From NCBI RefSeq assembly GCF_009914755.1, contig NC_060925.1: a stretch of 64,000 nucleotides of DNA. One strand, written 5' to 3'. Below are positions 1 to 12,248 of this stretch, piece after piece (position 1 is the stretch's first letter; the number at the start of each line of letters is the position of its first letter). Made by a program: the position numbers and the translations under genes. This DNA is from the human T2T-CHM13v2.0 reference genome, Homo sapiens. Under the pieces are notes generated by a model. That model ran no database searches, was not told the origin of the DNA, and worked only from the letters and a program-made list of their open reading frames with translations.

Positions 1-59
1 TTGAGCACAACACTCAGGGTTATCCTACTACCTAAATCAGATCATGCCCCTCATCTGTG

Positions 60-185
60 ATTTAGCAATCTATTTCATTCCCATTTTCCAGACAAGAAAA
101 CAAAGACTTATGAAGGTTTAAGTAATTTGCTCAATTTTACACAGCTAGTATTTGGGGGTGCCAGGATTTAAATCAAGTCTGCCAT
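60..185 (-). mobile_element. MIR SINE fragment
   Basis: attcccattttccagacaagaaaac...aagtaatttgctcaattttacacagctagt resembles the reverse-complemented MIR core. Confidence 0.65.
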
Positions 186-1032
186 TATATCACTGCCTAA
201 CTTAGCTTTGGGGTTGTCCTCATCAAATGGTAGGATGGTATTTTGCAAATTAAAAGCTCTGTGTGACTACAAGGTAATACTACCACCATTATCAACACAA
301 GCTCCTGATATGGTAGTGCTGAATGAAGAAGGTTATCAATTATATTGAAATATTTTACCTAGAAAGGAAAGGCAAGAGTTTCCCTTCCAATACTTGAAAG
401 AAAATCCAGAATGAGATCAACAATCCAGGATGAGTCTAACCCAGGAGAGCATCAATTAACTTTGTGACTTACGCTGAAACAAGCAAGGAGGGACTGGGTA
501 AAAATAAAAAAAAACAGGAGGAATGGTGGAAGCCTGCACACAGCCCCCACCAGCACCCCAACCACAAAACTCATGTGCAAGTCTGCAATATAATTTTCAT
601 CTTGGATGCCTTTCATATGGCTCTGCTCCCCATACCCAGCTCCATTCAGAGGATTAAAGAAGAGGGACAGACATGAGTAGCTAAAGAACCACAAAAATCC
701 CTGTGAAACAGGATTCTTGGTTTAAAATCACAGTGACTAGTTATGTGTACAGACATGCATAAAGCATGCATATGCTCGCACACACACACACACATACATG
801 CTGCCTTAGACTAGAAATCCACACAGCATGCTACAGCCAGAAGTTTGGGGAGGAATTTTTTATAACAGCCCCTCCCAACCATGGAAATAAATAATGACAA
901 GTTAGGGTGTCCTCAACCAGAAGAAGTCTTCAAGACAGCACGACCTTTGAGGGATGTCTGCATTTTGCTGCGGCAGTGCACTCTCAGATCTTATAAGGTG
1001 AAACTAAAGGGAATGTTGATATAGGAAAAGGA

Positions 1033-1279
1033 GGCCTAGTGCGGTGGCTCATGCCTATAATCCCAGCACTTTAGGAGGCAGAAGCAGGAGGAACGCTTTA
1101 GCCCAGGAGTTTGAGACCAGCCTGGGCAACTTGGGGAGACCCCGTCTCAATAAAAAAATTTAAAAATTAGGGGAGGATTACTTGAGCCCAGGAGGTCGAG
1201 GCTGCAGTGAGCCATGTTTAAGCCACTCTACTCCAGCTTGGGAGACAGAACAATACCCTGCCTCGAAATAAAAAAGGAA
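1033..1279 (+). mobile_element. AluJ-type SINE with ~50-bp deletion at the start of the right arm
   Basis: J-type motifs (gcccaggagtttgagaccagcctgggcaac; gaggctgcagtgagccatg); aaaaattag joins directly to gggaggattacttgag; TSD ggaaaagga at 1024-1032 and 1585-1593. Confidence 0.85.
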
Positions 1280-1583
1280 GGCCGGGCGCGGTGGCTCACA
1301 CCTGTAATCTCAGCACTTTGGGAGGCCGAGGCAGGCAGATCACGAGGCCAGGAGATCAAGACCATCCTGGCTAATACGGTGAAACCCTGTCTCTACTAAA
1401 AATGCAAAAAAATTAGCCGGGCATGGTGGCGGGCACCTGTAGTTCCGGCTACTCAGGAGGCTGAGGCAGGAGAATGGCGGGAACCCAGGAGGTGGAGCTT
1501 GCAGTGAGCCGAGATCGTGCCATTGCACTCCAGCCTGGGCGACAGTGAGCGACTCTGTCTCAAAAAAAAAAAAAAAGAAAAAA
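1280..1583 (+). mobile_element. AluY inserted in the A-tail of the AluJ
   Basis: Full-length ggccgggcgcggtggctcac...; Y diagnostics accatcctggctaa, gagaatggcg, ggagcttgcagtgagccgag; poly(A) tail. Confidence 0.9.
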
Positions 1584-2357
1584 TGGAAAAGGAGCCCCAG
1601 GGGTCCACCCCTTCCCTGCTTGGACCTTCAGGTTCCAAGTTACAATTGCAAAAATAGGAAGTTGCAGACCTGTTCTTCCAAGTCAAAAGATAAGGCCAGA
1701 GGCTTCTCTTGCTGGTTCCAAGAGAAACACCTGCCTCTATCATTCAGTGACTGGCAGATTACCTAGAGCCAGGCACAAGGGCAGGGAGACTTTTGCCTTT
1801 TGGCAAAGGAAGAGGCAGAGGAGCTCTTGTGGAGTTCCCTTTCAAAAGGCTTGTAGATACTGCCCCAGACATCCAGGAAGAAGAGACTTCTCTGGCACTC
1901 AAAAGCGAGTGCCTCCCTGAGCCCTGCACGTCTTTCCACTGTGAACAGGGAGCCATACACACTGGCATCAACCTCCATTGCACTGTACCAATGAGAGCTA
2001 CCCTGGAAGAGAACCTAGTCATTGCTATTGTCATTGAAATGTAGTGCTATTTAGACTTCAGTCATGGGCTGAATTCCTCCAAGAACAGGTCAGTACCTTA
2101 ACTCCATGAAGAAAAATATTTCTTTCCCAAACTGCATGAGATGGGCAGAGGAAAAGGGGTAGACAAAACCCACAACACAGCTTCACCAACGAGAAAACAA
2201 CTTAAAGTTCATGACCAACTAATTTATAGGCACAACTGGGAGAAATATGACTTTCATAGCACCTCCCGCAAAGACACACAAGGATCCTTATAATTAGTAA
2301 ATAGTGAAAAAGGTAATCAGGGAACCTAAATGATTGGTTATTTAAGGGAGGGGTTTT

Positions 2358-2930
2358 ATTCATATATACAACAAATATTTATTGGGTGCCTATGATTCTA
2401 GCTGCTAATATTGAGGTACTACTGCAGGTTCTAGGAATATAACAGTAAACACACTAGGGGAAAATCCTTGACCTTGGAGTTTACATTTGATAGAAAACAA
2501 ATTGGTACCAACTAAATGTCAGATGAGTGCAATGGATGAAAATGAAGGAGTAAAGGAGGATGAGAAGTGCCAGGTCTGGAGGAGTTACAATTTTCCCTGG
2601 ATAACTGACGTTAGAGCAAACATCTGAAGGAGCTGATAAGGAATGAGCCTTACCAATATCTGTGGGAAGAACATTCTAGGCAGAGAAAATAGCAGGAGCA
2701 GAAGCCCTGAGGTAGAAGTAGGACCAGCACTTTGGACAAATAGTAGAGTCCAGTGTGGCTGGGGCAAAGATGGGGCAAAAGAAAGAGAGGTAAGAGCTGA
2801 GATTAGAGAATTTACAAGGGAAAGGCTAGATAGGTCAGAGAGGCCTTGTAAATCACAGGGAGGAGTTCAACTTTTCCTCTGGAAACCAGGGGAGGGCATT
2901 TTGCAAAGAAGCAACATGCTGGATGAACTA
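2358..2930 (-). mobile_element. L2 LINE, 3' portion
   Basis: caacaaatatttattgggtgcctatg...ctaggaatataacagtaaac is the reverse complement of the L2 3' end; L2-like sequence continues after the nested insertions. Confidence 0.75.
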
Positions 2931-2931
2931 A

Positions 2932-3256
<325 letters not shown>

Positions 3257-3258
<2 letters not shown>

Positions 3259-3360
3259 TTGCTTGCTTGCTTGCTTGCTTGCTTTCTCTCTCTCTCTCTT
3301 TCTTTCTCTCTCTTTTTCTCTCTCTCTCTTTCTTTCTCTTTTCCTTCCTTCCTTCTTTCC
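3257..3360. repeat. (GCTT)n/(CT)n/(CTTT)n compound microsatellite
   Basis: Directly visible; located at the tail of the adjacent antisense L1. Confidence 0.9.
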
Positions 3361-3902
3361 TTTATTTATTGAGGAGAAATTCATAGATTTCAAAGGGAAC
3401 AATTCTATGATATTCAGTACATTCACAATGTAGTACAACTACCACCTCTATCTAGTTCCAAAACATTTCCATCATTTCCAAATAAAACCCTTTTCCCATT
3501 AGGCAGTTTCCCACCATTTTCCCTGTCATCAAATGTGGGCCACCACCAATCTGAGTTCTGTCTCTACTGATATACCTGATCTGGATATTTTATATACATA
3601 TAATCATATAATATGTGGCCCTTTGTGTCTATCTTCTTTCACTTAGCACAATGTTTTCTAGGTTCATTGCATTCAGTAGCATATATCGAGGTACATGTGT
3701 TCAGTAGCATGTGTCAATACTCCATTTTTTTATGGCTAAATAATATTCCATTGTATGATAGACCACATTTTGTTTATCCAATCATCCATTCATGCACATT
3801 TGTGCTGTTTCCACCTTTTGTCATGAATAGTGCTGCTATGAACATGTGTGCATATGTAGTTATCTGAATGCCTGTTTTCAATTCTTTCATCCTATACCTA
3901 GG
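3361..3902 (-). mobile_element. L1M (L1MB-like) 3' end
   Basis: tcttctttcacttagcacaatgttt, tttatggctaaataatattccattgtatg, catttgtttatcca...atgaatagtgctgctatgaacat are typical antisense L1M 3'UTR motifs. Confidence 0.85.
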
Positions 3903-4500
3903 ATGAAGTTTTAATGGAATCACTATCACTGCTGTGTTGAGAGATACTTGTGGGGAGGATAAGAACAGAAGGAAGAAAGCCAGTGAGAAGGCTATTGAAA
4001 TACCCCAGGTAAGAGATGACAGAGACTGAGAGGAAGAAACCAGGAAGAAAACAGGAAAGTGAAGTGGAAACCAACTCAAGTGAATATTTCAAGGGAACGG
4101 GAGTAATGAAACCCACCGAAGGTTACTGACAGATCAAGTGAGATGATGACTGAGCACTGGCAGTGGAATTCAGTACTGGGGAGGTCAGTGAGGAAGACAT
4201 GTCTAGGGAGAAAGCCTCAGTGGAATGAGAGGACATGGTGACCCAGAGTAAACATCTCTTTCAAAGAGTTTTACTAAAGAACACAGAGAAATTGAGTGAC
4301 AGACAGAGGGGGATCTAGGGTCAAAAGATTGTTTTTAATGAGAGTAATTACAGAATGTTTGCTGATAAGAATAATTTTGTACTAGAGAAATCTTCAGGAT
4401 GTAGGAGGGAAGTTGGGGAGGAGTACTGGAGTGACATTCCACAAGTAAATGAGAGGGAGATCAGAGGGGAACTAGGGCACTTGTGGAGTGAGTGTCAGCC
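3903..4500 (-). mobile_element. L2 LINE continuation
   Basis: ggaatcactatcactgctgtgttgaga...gaaggctattgaaataccccaggtaagagatgac continues the L2 interrupted at ~2930. Confidence 0.6.
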
Positions 4501-4957
4501 TTAACTTAGAGCAAGTAAAGACTCCTAGATGCTCTAGGCAGAATTCTCAGAAACTCATATTGGAAAGAGCCTAAAGTCTGGACCACTCTGGATTATTTGA
4601 TCTAATAATGAGGGAAGCCAAGTCTAAGCCAAAATATTGCATAAACCAAAGCATTCATATTTGACTGTGTAATATAATTTTGCTATGCCACATATTTACT
4701 CTTCTCTTGATGTTTTGGGGCCAGTGTTAAGGCCAAGATCATGAATGGTGAAGCAGATGGCTCAGGAGTGAGCACACTGACTGGATAAACTAAGCCCTGC
4801 GCCTCAAACCACATGCATAACGTTGAGGCCTTAGGAATGGCATTGAGAGATGTTGTTACCAAGATCACTAGTAAATATTCCCACATCTAATGCCAATATG
4901 TACACATAGTAAGTAAGGTGGAGGTATGTTTAAAATACCTTTTTCTAGTATTTAAGG

Positions 4958-5170
4958 GCAGCTATGATATAGCAGAAAGAGCACTGAAAGGTCTGGATTC
5001 GAGGCCCCACTCTACCACTTATTAGCTGTGTGACCTTAGTCAAGGTAATTAACCTCTCTGAGCCTGAATTTCTTCAACTGTAAAATGGGCTTAGTGACAC
5101 CCATGCACCAGTCATCAGCAGCAAATAAGGAGATATTTCTAAAAGCAGTTTGTAAAATAGTACACAGTTA
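4958..5170 (+). mobile_element. MIR SINE
   Basis: tagctgtgtgaccttagtcaaggtaattaacctctctgagcctgaatttcttcaactgtaaaatggg MIR core. Confidence 0.85.
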
Positions 5171-5769
5171 TCCAGATAGTCAGGCTTTAGCTGTCTACAT
5201 GTGCTTCACATTGTTATGAAAATTGTTGTAAGCCATTGCAAAGACCATATGACAGGCAACATAAAAATCCTCAAAAGCAGAGCTATACTTTCTATACACT
5301 GGAACCAAAGCCAAGGAATAGGACAGAGAGAAATCTCCAATAGTATGTGGCCTCTTCTAGAGTCTAGACTCATTACCTCATCCCTGGCTAAGCCTCCAAA
5401 GGCTCACCAAGAGCTACCCAGAGATGGATTTCCTGTTTCACCACTTACTCCCATCACCTCACCAAGAACATTTCAGTCCCTTGGAGGCTCTGGGACAAAA
5501 GAGGGTGAGATAACGAGCTTAGACTCTCAATTTGGAGACTACCTCCAGAGGGTGTTATCTCTCCCAGTGCAGAGAGCAGGGCTGCTTAGAATATCCTGCC
5601 GAGAATCAGCTTCCCTAAGGTTTGTTTGCGCAGAGCCTGCATTTCCATCCTCATAATAGACATTGCGGATAAGAGTTCAGCAAACTAATAGAATAAATGC
5701 AGGAACTGCCCCTGCACCAAAAGATACCAGAATTTCAACCACACTAGACATCTCCCCTGGTGACCCTTT

Positions 5770-6475
5770 AGATCAACCCTCTCCAGTAGAACTTCCTGTG
5801 ATGATGAAAATGTCTTAGCTCAACCATTGTGGAAGACAGTGTGGCAATTCCTCAAAGACTTAGAACCAGAAATACCATTTGACCCAGCAATCCCATTACT
5901 GGGTATATACACAAAGGAATATAAATCATTCTATTATAAAGATACATGCATGCCTATGTTCATTGCAGAACTATTCACAATAGCAAAGACATGGAATCAA
6001 CCCAATGCCCATCAATGGTAGATTGGATTAAAAAACTGTGGTACATATACACCATGGAATACAATGCAGCCATAAAAAGGAATGAGATCACGTCCTTTGC
6101 AGGGACACGGATGAAGCTGGAAGCCATTATTCTCAGCAAACTGTTGCAGGAACAGAAAACCAAGCACCGCATGTTCTCACTTATAAGTGGGAGCCAAACA
6201 AGGAGAACACATGGACACAGGGAGGGGAACAACACTTACTGGGGCCTGTGCGGGGAGAGTTGGTGAGGGAGAGCATTAGGGAAAAGAGCTAATGAATGCT
6301 GGGCTTAATACCTGGGTGATAGGTTGATAGGTGCAGCAAACCACCATGGCACACGTTTACTTATGTAACAAACCTGCAAATCCTGCACATGCACCCCAAA
6401 ACTTAAAAAAAATATATTAAAAAAAAGAAAGAAAATGTCCTCTATCTGTGCTGTCCAACATGGTAGCCATGAGCC
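5770..6475. mobile_element. MER3 (hAT-Charlie) fragment split by the L1PA insertion (5770-5814 and 6431-6475)
   Basis: ctccagtagaacttcctgtgatgatgaaaatgtc | ctctatctgtgctgtccaacatggtagcca reconstitutes the MER3 consensus start. Confidence 0.7.
5815..6430 (+). mobile_element. 5'-truncated L1PA (older primate subfamily): ORF2 C-terminus remnant, 3'UTR and A-tail
   Basis: Translates to WKTVWQFLKDLEPEIPFDPAIPLLGIY (L1 ORF2p C-terminus); 3'UTR ...aacctgcaaatcctgcacatgcacccc; TSD gaaaatgtc at 5806-5814 and 6431-6439. Confidence 0.92.
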
Positions 6476-6648
6476 AAGTTTATATGCTCCTGGAGAAAAA
6501 GTACTGAGATGCCTTAAAGTAAGGCAAAAGTGGGAAAGTGAAGACTTTGGTGCATTCTTATAGACAGTCTTATCCTGCCCCCAGCTACCTGGCATGGCTC
6601 TGTCCTCTCCACCAATCTAAATCCTTCCCAGCCCTCAAGAGTCAGCTC
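6322..6648 (+). repeat. Source arm of a ~327-bp inverted repeat (partner 8137-8464)
   Basis: Reverse complement aligns to 8137-8464 with about 7 differences; the ORF track shows near-identical peptides on opposite strands. Confidence 0.95.
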
Positions 6649-7299
6649 AAGACTCATACCCCCCATAAAATCATCTATGCCTGTCCAATTCTGTGTCTCA
6701 TGTGGGTACACTGAAAACAAGGGCTAGAGAAATTTGGAGACTCAGGAAACTCCTGTGGGGGCAAGCAAGGAAGTATTCTCCAGGGAAATGATAACTTAAA
6801 TGGGAGCCTTAAACATTAAGAATCTGAGCAGGCCAAGTTATATGTTCAGACAAGCCAAGTGGAGACCCTAGAATGAGCAAGGGTGTAGAGGCCAAAAGCC
6901 ACTCAAGGTGTGTCAAACAGTTAGAAAATGAACCAGGTTTACTGATACCTCTTTGGCAGAGGGGAGTATCAGGATGTTTTAGAAAATTCTTATTTCCTGC
7001 CAGATCTGAGGTTGGTTTGAGTGGGATGGAAGAGGGCCTTGAGTGCTGACTTCAGTCTCTATTTTATAGGAAATGGGGAGTCTTAACACATTTTTGAGCA
7101 TAGGGATAACTTGAACAAAGAACACTGTGGGAAGAATATTCTGTTAGGACCAGCACACAGGACAGATGGGAAAGAATCCTGGAAAAGTAGGGACCACTGG
7201 GATCCCGTATCCCAATGCCTTTCATTTCTCAGGAATGACTTCTCCTTTTCTGATGGTTTCAAACAACCCAGTGACAATTTCCTCTTCCAACAGTGGAGC

Positions 7300-7861
7300 C
7301 TCACCACAACAGATAACTGCTGGCTACCTTCCCAACAGCCAGCCATTTCCCTCCCAATCACCATTTTCTAGCCTGCAAAGAGAACCCTGATTTTATTAGG
7401 TAGCAATATTTCCCATCCAGGGATGAGTCCTCATTTATCCTAGCTAGGCCAACCCATCTCTTTCCCCTTTACCAAGGCTAGCCTTGGGGAAGACATGTGG
7501 TCCTGTTATGGCCAAAGAGAAATAAGGGCAAATCTGCTAAGAAAGAATTTTTTTGCTCTGTGAGTAAGAAGTAAACAATGAAAAACCCCCTGGTCCCAGC
7601 TCTTTCCTTCATACTTTGGACCCTGTCCTGTGAGGATGAGAAGCCATCATGCAGGTATTAGGTAGCAAGCTGGACAATGATACCAACATCCCAAAGATAG
7701 AGAGAGGCTGGATCCCTGATGACATTATTGAACTGCCAAACCAACACAGTATCACATACCTCCAGACTTCAGGTTTAGTAAAAATAGTTCTCCTATTGGT
7801 TTAAGCCTCTGTTCATTTAGTTTTGTGTTTGTTGCAGCCCAAAACCTACTAAACTCATATA
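7300..7861 (+). mobile_element. Ancient ERVL/MaLR solo LTR (LTR16/MLT1-like)
   Basis: 3' terminus ggtttaagcctctgttcatttagttttgtgtttgttgcagcccaaaacctactaaactcata; internal catgtggtcctgttatggccaaagaga. Confidence 0.6.
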
Positions 7862-8136
7862 GTTCACCTGGGATCTGGCCACAGAGCTGATCTGTGATTC
7901 CTATTCCTATAGCTAATCGAAGTACATGGATCCTGCAGGACATCCCTGCAATTGAGGGTGCAGTGGACCAAGAGCACAGGTCTTGGGCAGTGGCCAAGAC
8001 CGAGAAGCAACAGTCACCAAGGCTAGAGGATGCTGATCCCCATCATAAAAGGAAGAGAGCCACACTCTTCCCTTGCTGCTGGGCAGGTAGAAATACCTGG
8101 CAGGAGGAGGATGTGCCAAGCCAGAGGAAGCCAGAA

Positions 8137-8464
8137 GAGCTGACTCTTGAGGGCTGGGAAGGATTTAGGTTGGTGGACAGGACAGAGCCATGCCAGGTAG
8201 CTGGGGGCAGAATAAGACTGTCTATAAGAATGCACCAAAGTCTTCACTTTCCCACTTTTGCCTTACTTTAAGGCATCTCAGTACTTTTTCTCCAGGAGCA
8301 TATAAACTTGGCTCATGGCTACCATGTTGGACAGCACAGATAGAGGACATTTTCTTTCTTTTTTTTAATATATATTTTTTTAAGTTTCGGGGTACATGTG
8401 CAGGATGTGCAGGTTTGTTACATAAGTAAACGTGTGCCATGGTGGTTTGCTGCACCTATCAACC
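8137..8464 (-). repeat. Inverted duplicated copy of 6322-6648 (L1PA 3' end + MER3 piece + flank)
   Basis: Direct alignment; flanked by the direct repeat ccagaggaag at 8121-8130 and 8463-8472. Confidence 0.95.
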
Positions 8465-10339
8465 AGAGGAAGGGCTCAGGGCCCCAGCTAATTCATCTAG
8501 GACCACACTGCCCACCAAGGGGCTTGGTCCTCCAAACTGAGAAGAAAGATCCCTCCCACCAGCCAGGCCCAGGGCTTGACAAGCTGGATGCATTCCCTGC
8601 CAAATCCTCACTGCCTATCATACTTTACGAACACAAAAACAAATTCCACCATATGTTAAAGTTAATTGCAAACATTTGCTGCTGAAGAGAGCTCCATTTC
8701 TTAAGAGCCCACAGAGATCTGGTTACACTGGTGGCTGAAGCATCAACCACCCTCATTCACTCATTGAAAGCAGGGCAAAGTAAGGGTGGCAACCAAGTGG
8801 TGGAAGAGACCCTCATTGCTTCCTTCCCTGCCTCTTCCCCCTCAGTCTGTTTCCACCTCCACTGGGTCCAAACAAGTGCACATTCCAGGCCAGAGAGTGT
8901 GCACCCCTCTATCAACACAGAACAATGACCATAGTGGCGATTTGGGAGGACCAGGGCTGTGGGGGCAGGGAGAGATGATGTCAGGAAAGCATGGAAGGAA
9001 GAGGATGAACTGAAGTCAGCTGGCTGTGTTTCATTGCCTGGCGAGTGCTGAAATAGGAGCCACAGAGAAACCCAGCAGCTCCAGAGTACCCAGAGCAGTC
9101 AGGGTGGTTTGCTAGGGGTCTGCATAATGTCTATGAGCGATAGTTATTGATGGTGTGGTTTAGTGGGGGTAAACCTGTGGCTAACAAGGCCCTCAGCCTA
9201 GAATGCAGCCTGGAGAAGTCCCCAGACAACATAGATAGCTGGGAGGAAGTAAGGACTTAGATCTCCATGAACATTCTTCCACGGACCACAGAGGCATTAA
9301 TAAGCACATCCCTGGCAGCATGAAAGGGAAGTAGGAGGCTGTGCATTGCCTCCACATTCCCATCTGTCCCAGAAGAAGCATTCATGGTTTGAATTTGCAC
9401 CAACCCAGCTGGAGACATGAACGGGGAGGAGCTCTAAGTGCTCTCCTGGCTCAGGCAAGAGCACTACTGAGGATGTCTCCAGAGCAATTCCTTGAACTGC
9501 TCTTTGGGCAAGGGCAGATGTGTTGTGTCTGGCTGACAGAGAACTCTTTCTGAGCAACCACTTGGAGAAGGAATATCTGATGCCAGCATAGTCAGTGAAT
9601 GACCTGTCATGACTTGGAACTCATACCCCAAGCCCTTCCAAGAAGTGACTAGCATGTGTGGTCTGCAGAAGGGGGCTCACTTGGCCATCTTCTCAAGCAA
9701 CCCAATATCCCTCAGTAGGCACCTCCTAACAGCAAGTCCCAAGACACACAATCTGCATCCATACAAAGCCCATTCACACAGCCAATTCACACAGGCAACT
9801 CAAAGGAGAAAACAATCTGTCAAGAAAGTCAGGTGAACCAACTAGGAACCTCTTGGAGCTTGTCAATTGAGACCTCACCTTCCCATCTGGGATCCTGTAT
9901 ATTGACCACTTAAATATTATTTCGTCTCCTTAGATATGACTCTTTCCCTCCACCCTCCACCAAACACATTTCAGCACTTCATTATATACTATCTTATTTG
10001 TAATAAACAAGTATTTATGAAGCGTCCACTGTATCAAGTTCCCCCATGCTATGTGTATCACAAAAACATATATTGTCCTTACCAAGATAAGTCTAATATC
10101 TAGTTGGAGGTGCAAAGCATTTACATGAAAAAAACTAAGTGACAATACAAAATTTAGGTGAGAGTTCAAGATGACGGTGCAAGAGGACATTTAATGAAGG
10201 CCAACTACAAATGAGGCGCCCTTGGGAGGGCATAGAGGACCATGAGGAGCTGCCACAAGTAGTGCCCAGTGGAGACAAGAGATGTGGCCATCATCGTGCT
10301 CACCAACCCTTACATACCCAAGACGTTCCTCAAGCTGCT

Positions 10340-10440
10340 AGACTACATCATTCATTCCTCACAGCCACCCTTTGAGTCAAACATAATTGTCATCCCCACT
10401 TTACAGATTAGGAAATTGGGTATGCAGAGGTTAAGTGACC
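10340..10440 (-). mobile_element. MIR fragment
   Basis: atccccactttacagattaggaaattgggtatgcagaggttaagtgac. Confidence 0.75.
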
Positions 10441-10679
10441 ATATAATCTCATCCTAGCTTGACTGTAATGCATCTGTCCTGGGTCCTGGACAGTGCACAC
10501 CTGCCTGGGTTTCTGGAATGACTTTTTCTCTCTTTTCTACCTTTCAGGTCCAACTATGGCCTTCCTTGGCCACCCCCATCCATTGCCAATACCTCTACAC
10601 ACGTATGTATTTGCACTTTAATCTTTGTGTTCAAGGAATATTTTACACATCTACCCTGGTTTATGTTATAATATTTATA

Positions 10680-10830
10680 AATATTGGTTTATATTTGCCA
10701 CCCTCACTACTTTGTGTCTCTAGAGGAACCCATTCATTTTTGCACCCTCAGAACATAGTATACTACTTAGCATACAGTAGGTACTTAATAAATGTTGGTC
10801 AGATTGATTTAGATTGGATTGAATTGAACT
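10680..10830 (+). mobile_element. L2 3' end
   Basis: cttagcatacagtaggtacttaataaatgttggt...gattgaattgaa. Confidence 0.65.
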
Positions 10831-11179
10831 AATTTGGGGTTTCGGTTTTGGGGCATAGAAGCAAGGACTTATTGCTGATTCTGAGAGCTAAGGAATGGCC
10901 AAACAGCCCTTAGCTAATCCACCTTCCCAGCACTGGCCTCCAGGAGTGAGTATTTACTGCAGAAATCAGAAGTGGCAGTGGGACTGATGGATGGCCACCA
11001 CCCTCATAAAGAGCTGTGGGATGCAGTCTCCAGCCTCAGCCTCAGGGCTGCTATGTCCCTTGAAACTTTATGGCATCGTTGCCATGGCGGTCACGGATGT
11101 AACGTGCCATGAAGGTAAAACGTGAAATTCCCCTAGAGGTGAAACACTGGTGGGAACCCATTCACAGGCAACCCTGAGC

Positions 11180-11325
11180 TACTTAACCTCTCTGAGCCTC
11201 ACTCAGTTTCCCCATCTGTAAAATGGAAATAATAACACTTACCTCATAAGGTAGTTGAGAGGATTAAATACAATAAGGCCCAGTGACTGACACATAGTAG
11301 GTGCTCAATAATTGGTAGTAATTCC
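11180..11325 (+). mobile_element. MIR SINE
   Basis: acttaacctctctgagcctc...cagtttccccatctgtaaaatggaaataataacacttacctcat...acatagtaggtgctcaataa. Confidence 0.85.
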
Positions 11326-12195
11326 CATTTTCTTACCTGTTTGAGGGAATATGAGTTCTAGCATGATTTCATTTTGCCAGAGTGAATTTTTTTGGTCTTA
11401 TTTTAATTTTTAATTTAAATATAGGATTCATAGGTTCATAGGAGCTCTGGAGTTAATGATGAAAGGAACCCTATGGTTTCCAATAAATGAGGCTTCCCAT
11501 TGATCAAACACAGCCAGACTGACATCTGAAATTGCCCCTGAAGTGCACAGAACTCAACTCTTCCCAATTTCACAGCACCCGACAGCCCCGAGTCCTAGGC
11601 TGGAGCCTCTATCAGGCAAGCAATTTGCTTCTGGGTCCCTCGAGTCACTTGTTTGACTTTGCTGATTAATACATTAATGGCAGTTATTCATTAGCAACTG
11701 TGAACAACACTCCCCAATAAGCAGCAGTCTGGGCTTTGTTGGAGAGCCCACTGCAACTGCTCGTTAGCATTTGTGGGAAACATCCCAGTAAAAATACCAA
11801 AGGCTATCACGCTAAATCCGACTGGGGTGACAGAGGTTTACATACTTCCACGTAACTTCTAGTCATCTCCCAATATTCATAGACCCTTCCTTCCCATATA
11901 TCCCTACTGGGTTCCCCTCAATTACACTCTGTTGCCCCCCATCATATCCAGTTCCTTGGCAAAGCCCCCTTCCTTATTTCTATAGCAAATCAATTCATCA
12001 AACAAGAAGTAATCCTTCTCCAGGGAAGAAGAGCTGCTGAATCACTCTTGGGACTGGAAGGGGGCTGGTGGAGGGGACGAGGCAGATGCAAGGGGAGAAA
12101 AAAGTATAGGGATGAAAATGTGCAGCACACAGGAACGACAACTGGGAGGACTGTGCTCTCATGCCTCTGGTTTCTAGAGCTTTTATGGCGCTGGG

Positions 12196-12201
12196 GTGTG
12201 T

Positions 12202-12245
<44 letters not shown>
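12196..12245. repeat. (TG)n microsatellite, ~25 units with one interruption
   Basis: Directly visible. Confidence 0.95.

Positions 12246-12248
<3 letters not shown>

Noticed and set aside
5827-6266. ORFs resembling L1 ORF2p
   Set aside because: Frameshifted remnant of a 5'-truncated L1PA; annotated as a mobile element.
6649-8136. Staggered-break inversion as the origin of the inverted repeat
   Set aside because: The second duplication (10 bp) is direct and brackets the copy, and the L2-like sequence appears continuous across 6648/6649; insertion fits better.
8137-8464. L1 3' transduction as the origin of the inverted copy
   Set aside because: The source L1 is only ~600 bp with no promoter, and the copy has no added poly(A) at the end of the transduced flank.
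11078-11090. RFX X-box-like GTTGCCATGGCGG (also GTTGCCTAGGCAC at 46986-46998)
   Set aside because: Isolated imperfect motifs with no supporting context.
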